A DNA stretch of 64,000 bases. Source: Eledone cirrhosa (lineage: Eukaryota). A model generated the notes under the pieces. That model worked only from the letters and a program-made list of their open reading frames with translations, ran no database searches and was not told the DNA's origin. Positions 57,601 through 64,000 of this stretch are shown here, piece after piece; within the stretch, counting starts at the first letter, position 1; each line of letters starts with the position of its first letter. The position numbers and the translations under genes were made by a program. The stretch spans positions 45,694,001 through 45,758,000 of the forward strand of contig OZ024741.1 of the NCBI GenBank assembly GCA_964016885.1. Direction: 5' to 3'.

Positions 57601-58576
57601 CTTTCGCTAGGCGATCTCACTCGGAGTGGCTGACACGCGGTTTAGATGGGCTGCGTAAGCCTGTAGTCGCCGCATGCTGTTTGACTGCTACACAAAGACA
57701 TAATCTTTACTCTATAATACAATTTAAGTTTCTTCATAGAAGACTCTTTCTTTGCTTAAACCTCGAAACCAAAACCTTAAAAATGTTAAACTGTTTAACT
57801 TTCAATTTTCTAATTTCTTTAATTTTCTAATGTCAATATTAAATAATAATTTGTTAACTTCATCCTATAAATCTAAACAAAAATGTAACGTTCCGATCTT
57901 CTGCTCACACATTATAACATACAGACCCCCACTATATTTACCTCTGTTAAGATACGGGTCCCTTAGAATACATTTTTTTCGCGCCATTCCTGGCCTGACT
58001 GTGGTTTGATATTAGTACCGACCTTTCTTCCTCTTTCTTTCTGTCTTTCTTTTTGTAGCTCGACATTAACCCTCACTTTTCTTCTTCTTCCTTTTCTTCC
58101 TTTTCTTCCCCCTTTTTTCTTGTGGTATGATATTAACGCTGACTGATCTTCCTCTCCCTTTCTATTTTCCTCTATTTGACCGGTAGTAGCACACTATAAG
58201 CTTTAGGCCCCTCATTTGAGGGCGATCGGCAAAAGTGGAAGATGCTAGAAGTCGGTCGTCCTCCGGTCTTTGATTTTCAGCCCCATGGATTTTATGTATT
58301 ACATTCATTTATTATATTTCGAATACCTGATGATATCACCGGATTCATACGGAACCCTGTCATTGAAATGATCATAGCATAATAAACCTTTCAAGGATTT
58401 ACACAAGTCCAGCCTCTTGTCATTTCATTATAATATTTAATTCCGTACTAGCACCACCAACTACAAAAACGAAGACGGTTGAACTGCTTTACGTTGAGTA
58501 CTCTCTATATTATTACATTAAGATTGACCATACGGAATAGACCAGCTCTATCCAGTGGTGAACCTCAAACCTGAAT
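54672..58576 (+). mobile_element. Family S non-coding fold-back element (inverted arm 54672-56580 split by a Helitron; forward arm to 58576 with tail)
   Basis: HHRs at 54726-54783 (-) and 58323-58380 (+); arms complementary; (TA)n flanks. Confidence 0.8.
54799..56061 (-). mobile_element. Non-autonomous Helitron
   Basis: 5'-TC..CTAG-3' between host A and T with no TSD (empty site near 58305); subterminal hairpin CCCGGCGTTGCTCGGG; three ~92-bp internal repeats at 55088-55361. Confidence 0.88.
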
Positions 58577-58599
58577 ATATATATATATATATATATATT

Positions 58600-59286
58600 C
58601 TAGGGCGGGTAAAATTCCCAAGATCAATAGATGAGTTCTCTCCAGCGGTCTCTGTCCCTCATTATCGCTGTCATGTCCAGCTAACCTCAGTTTCCTCTGT
58701 GTAATTTTTTTAGCTGACTTTTGGGAGGCTCCCATACAGCTCTAAGTTTTTCATCCTCAGTGTATACTGATTAATGTTCAGACCCATCCTCAGCATTCTT
58801 GTGTAGCACCCTTCCACCATCTGAGTGAGTTTCTTGGTCAGTGTCCAAGTCTCAGACCCGTACAGCAGCACATATTCCACTATAGCAATGAAGAGGCTGA
58901 TTTTCAGGTCTTTACGAAGGTCCGACTTCCACACCGATCAATCTATGACTGGGGAGCTTTCAAGGAAGATGATAAGCTACAGGAGAGGTTCACAGTGGAA
59001 GTGAGGAACAGGTTCAGTGCTCTGTGTGGAGAGACAGAGGAGAGAGAGATTGGATGGACTGAGGAGAGTGTGACGAGGAGGTACGGGCTCTTCACCAAGG
59101 CAGTGGCGGAAGCAAGTGAGACCCTGGTGCCGAGGAGAAAGAACAAAAGGAAGCACGTCAGCTCTGCAGACCCAAATGTGTGTGCAGCCAGAGAACATCT
59201 GAAAGCTGCAAAGGACCAATTCTATGCTGATCCTACGGAGGAGAGGATGGAGACTGTGGAGGTGATGATGGAAAAACTCTGTACCG

Positions 59287-59287
<1 letters not shown>
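58600..59287. pseudogene. RTE LINE with inversion (3' part minus 58600-58940; upstream part plus 58941-59287)
   Basis: VLLYGSETWTLTK..CYTRMLR on minus; FTVEVRNRFSAL on plus. Confidence 0.78.
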
Positions 59288-59321
<34 letters not shown>

Positions 59322-59322
<1 letters not shown>

Positions 59323-60112
59323 TAGCAGCAGTACCCAGCGTTGCCTGGGTAGGTAAAATAATTGTTTCTACCCAGTGCATTACTGGTAATTTATTTTATC
59401 GACCCCGTAAGGATGAAAGGCAAAGTTAACCTCGGCGGGATTTGAACTCAGAATGGCAAGGGCTGTAACTCTATGCGCCAGAGCATGGCGTCCGACCCTA
59501 TACCGATACTGCAAATCGCTTTGATGAAAAGGTGTTGATGTTAGCGACTGCTTCTCGATGACTCATCTATGGCCACACACAGGCCATGCAGGTGAGGGTG
59601 GGGATGACCTCTATCACTGAGAAACGCGGGTGACTGACAAAGGGGTATGCTGGGGAGGGAGTTTCGAATTTGAACGAAATCGGTTGAAAAATGTGGGAGC
59701 TAGAGCCGAAAGAGTGGAAATGTTAGTCTAAAAGTGGTATTTTTTAATATTTAAGCGGCTGCCACCTCGTTCCTGAACAACAAATACAAAATATAAACCC
59801 ATTACCGGATGTGCAATGATAAATTCTATTTTGCTTTAAAATTTGAACGAAACCGGTGGCAAAATGTGGGAGCTAGAGCCAAAAATCTTATTTTTCGATA
59901 CCTAAAAAAAGGTGACCCCCCTATCGATTTTTATCTGCAGAATGACGCCGGAAGAAAAAAAAACCGATACGCTGATATAAAGAAAACACTCCCCGATGAC
60001 TAATCTATGAGCCTGTAAAGTTGCATGAAAATCGGTCGTAAGATGTAGGCCCCTATAGATAATACACAGATACACAGACGCACACACATACCTAATTTTA
60101 TATATACACAGA
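59322..60112 (-). mobile_element. Non-autonomous Helitron containing a SINE (about 59360-59515)
   Basis: CTAG end, hairpin ACCCAGCGTTGCCTGGGT, TC start at 60112; inserted in (TA)n. Confidence 0.8.
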
Positions 60113-60120
60113 TATATATA

Positions 60121-60512
60121 AAAATGGTTTTCGTTCTCCATGGCTGAATACAATGAATGTAATCTGAGTTTTCCGAATATTAATAATAACATTCGATTCG
60201 TTTGCAATTATGCAAATAAGCCTCAATTTTATAGCCATATCAGTAGAATGAACCCGTCATTCTTGCTCTTGTGTTGGGATTTTGAAAATAGCATATATTT
60301 TCACTAGCTCTGACAGTTTGGCAGGTGAACAGTGAGTTGTACTGATGAAGGGTGATACCCAGAAACATTAGTGTCTGCAGTTCTGTTCACATGCCAACAC
60401 AAGAGCAAGAATGACGGGTTTATTCTACTGACAAGGCTATAAAATTGAGCCTTGTTTGCATAATTGCAAACGAATAGAATGTTATTATTAATATTCGAAA
60501 AACTCAGATTAC
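60121..60512. mobile_element. Family T fold-back element
   Basis: 60160-60277 is inverted at 60394-60512; tail only on the left arm. Confidence 0.82.
60335..60382 (+). ncRNA. HHR family T with GUC site
   Basis: AGTTGTA-CTGATGA-AGGGT(GAT)ACCCA-GAAA-CATTAGTG-TC-TGCAGTT; stem I extends via GTGAACAG/CTGTTCAC and TTGGCA/TGCCAA. Confidence 0.85.
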
Positions 60513-60522
60513 ATATATATAT

Positions 60523-61241
<719 letters not shown>

Positions 61242-61489
61242 AATTTATGTTTAATCGATACATATGAAATATATAACGAACGTTTCTCAAAAATACCTCC
61301 ACGAACTTTAGTTCAGAGAATCAATTATACAATACGTTTAAAGGATTTATAAAAGATTATATATCGATATTATCAATTGAGAAACTACTAGTAATGTGTA
61401 CATATATAGAGAACAATTAATATATAAGTAGATATATTAGATCAAGATGGTAACACTGCCTGTAGCACCTTAAGAACAATTAATATGTA

Positions 61490-62075
61490 AATAGAAGAGT
61501 AGAAGAGAAGGCATGACAAGATTGCCAGATTGGTTCATTGGAAGCTCTGTCATAAGTATGACATGCGCAGAAGTGAGAAATGGTATGAACACCAAACGGA
61601 AAGAGAGGCTGGACCATCCAGTTTCGACCATTTTATCGTGGCTATAAAGCCTGACATTGTTGTGATATAAAGAAAGAATAAAAAGGCATGTATTGTGGAT
61701 ATTTCTTTACCGTGGGACCACAGAGTGAATGAGAAGGAAAGTGAGAAAGCTGAGAAATTCCAGGAGTTGAAGAGAGAAATCAGGAAACTGTGGGGAATCA
61801 TACACATAGAAGTAGTGCTGACTGTGGTTGGTACACTGGGAGCCATTAGTAGAAGGGTGGATACATGACTTGAGAAGCTATGAATTACCACCAGGACAGG
61901 ACAGGACAGAAAACAGCCTTGCTGGGAAGAGCAGAGAATCTAAGAAGGGTGTTGGAAAGTTGAAGCAGAAAGAATTACCCAAAGGACATTTGGCCATTGG
62001 CTATGGTTCACTCTTTGATATAATGTCGGTATAACATCTGCCGGAACAAAGGTTTTACGAATAGTAATAATAGTA
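61490..62075 (+). pseudogene. R4/Dong-like LINE 3' end (restriction-like endonuclease)
   Basis: RHDKIARLVHWKLC..KWYEH..KPDIVV..VDISLPWD..EKAEKFQEL..VVGTLGAI; ends in a TAA-rich tail. Confidence 0.8.
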
Positions 62076-62695
62076 ATTGTTTCTACTTCAGGCACAAGGC
62101 CAGCAAATACCCAGTACATTACTGGTACTTTATTTTATCGACCCCCGTAAGGATGAAAGGCAAAGTTAAACTCGGCGGGATTTGAACTCAAAATGGAAAG
62201 GGCCGTAACTCTATGCGTCAAAGCATAGCTTCCGTCCTTCTACCGATACTGCCAATCCAAATAATAATGATTTCTAGTATAGGCACAAGGCCAGTAATTT
62301 TGGGGAGGGAAAGTCGATTAAATCGATCTCAGTACATTATTGGTTCTATATTTTATCGACCCCGTAAGGCAATGCTAACATCGGCGGGATTTGAAAACAG
62401 AATTTAAAGAGACGTAACTATGCCGCGAAGTAGGGTGTCCGATGCCCTACCGATTCTGCCAGTCCACCAATAATAATAATTATCATTATTATCAATTTAA
62501 GGGCGGTGGATTGGCAGTATCGGTAGAGAGTCGGACACCATCCTTTGAAGCATAGAATTACGTCCCTTTATGATCTGAGTTCAAATCCCGCCGAGGTTAA
62601 CTTTGCCTTTCATCCTTACGGGGTTGATAAAATAAAATACCAGTAATGTACTGGATAATTGCTGGCCTTGTGCCTAAAATAGAAACAATTATTAT
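62075..62695. mobile_element. Cluster of three tRNA-derived SINEs (minus, minus, plus)
   Basis: Family consensus at about 62075-62260, 62268-62470 and 62500-62690. Confidence 0.87.
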
Positions 62696-64000
62696 CAATT
62701 TAAAAACCTTTAAAGACATTTACTGTTGTTTGTGCCCTTATGGCATCATTTGTATGACATTTGATTGTAAAATCTATGTATAATCAGAAGCCAGGCTGAG
62801 ACACAGCATGGTTTGTGACTCGGCAGAATTCAAAGAAAATTTGAAATAACAATAATAACGATAATAATATTTCTTAAATTAAGCACAATATTGGCAATTG
62901 AACAGCAGTCTGATAGATAAAAACGTTGCAGTGGTACCAGATTCATCGACTCCGAAATGCTAAAACTCCGCAGGAATTTGATCACGTAAGGGGGAATAAT
63001 AGTGGACGAAACACCTGCCTGTAAACTATTCCCCGGCTCTCCACCGAGCGTTACGTCAATCAACTTTTTGATTATTATGATAACAATAATAAAACCTTAT
63101 CGAGTAAAATATCCCGAAGAAAAATTTATTGGCATGAAAGCAATAGTGTTCATTGTTCAATTATTGAATACCAATGAAGCAAATAATTAAAGTTGAGATT
63201 ATCAGAATGTAAGCTATATGAATATCGAATCTCGAGCATCATTGATACAATAATATTGTTATTAGTTAGTAAATAATGAAGAGATAGAAAATAGATCGAT
63301 AAATGGGTAAATTACAAGAAAGAGAAATAGGGAGCTGTGAGAAATTGAAAGAATTTTTCGGAGATAGTGTTTCTGTATTTCTTACTTCTTTTTTGGTGAG
63401 TGGGTGTGTTTTTATAGAGAACGGCGAAAAACAGAGGTTTGTTGAGTGAAAAGGAGAGGAAGAAAGAGAGTGAAGTAGAAAACAGAAAAGACAAAAGAGA
63501 GATACAGAGAAAAGTGTAGATATCCAATATAATTTAAATGTTATCTAATTGAAGATTTGATTGCATTATTCTCATGTTCTAATTCTATTTATTTAAACTG
63601 AGAATTCGATTAATTAACTGCCGCACAATATACTCTCAAGCATTAAATTTCCCAAGAAAAGCTGTCGATAAATTGTTGTATATTTCTGTGAGTGTTTATT
63701 GAACACATTCTCAAATAACTGAAGCAGAGATGGAAACGTAAAACAATACGTTTTCTAGCATCTCAAATACGTTACTATTTATTCAATGATAAGATGATTA
63801 TTCGTCCATCAGTGTATGGGTCAGAAATTAAGAGAGAATATGATCAACATATATTACCAATTATACAATTGCTCCAAAAATAACAAGGGTATCATCATCA
63901 TCATCATGGTCAACATCATCATCATCATCATCATCATAATCATCATCATCACCGTCATCGTTATCATCAACATCACCATCATCATCATCATCATCGTCAT

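Noticed and set aside
56882-57945. Intron spliced out of the inverted arm of family S
   Set aside because: The junction reads CCATGTATTTCTAAGATAC and keeps both GT and AG; it fits a microhomology deletion.

Overview
AT-rich, microsatellite-saturated eukaryotic DNA. The SINE families and composition suggest an octopus or other cephalopod (inference). No host protein-coding exon is recognisable; most listed ORFs are (TA)n/(CA)n/(GA)n artefacts. Recognisable mobile DNA: at least three families of Penelope-like elements (PLEs; RT plus C-terminal GIY-YIG), two of them with large inverted arms; mariner and maT-like DNA transposons; a hAT (Buster/Charlie-like) copy; three Helitrons; RTE and R4/Dong LINE fragments; many tRNA-derived SINEs; MITEs; and a 38-bp minisatellite with a 114-bp higher-order repeat. 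The main signal found by eye is more than 20 type I hammerhead ribozyme (HHR) motifs, intact or decayed. They sit in the coding PLEs and also in several unrelated non-coding fold-back elements inserted in (TA)n. These include a ~420-bp head-to-tail retrozyme-like family, a U3-A8 core variant, and a recurrent U.U closing of stem II. All folding and alignment was manual and coordinates of element edges are approximate.
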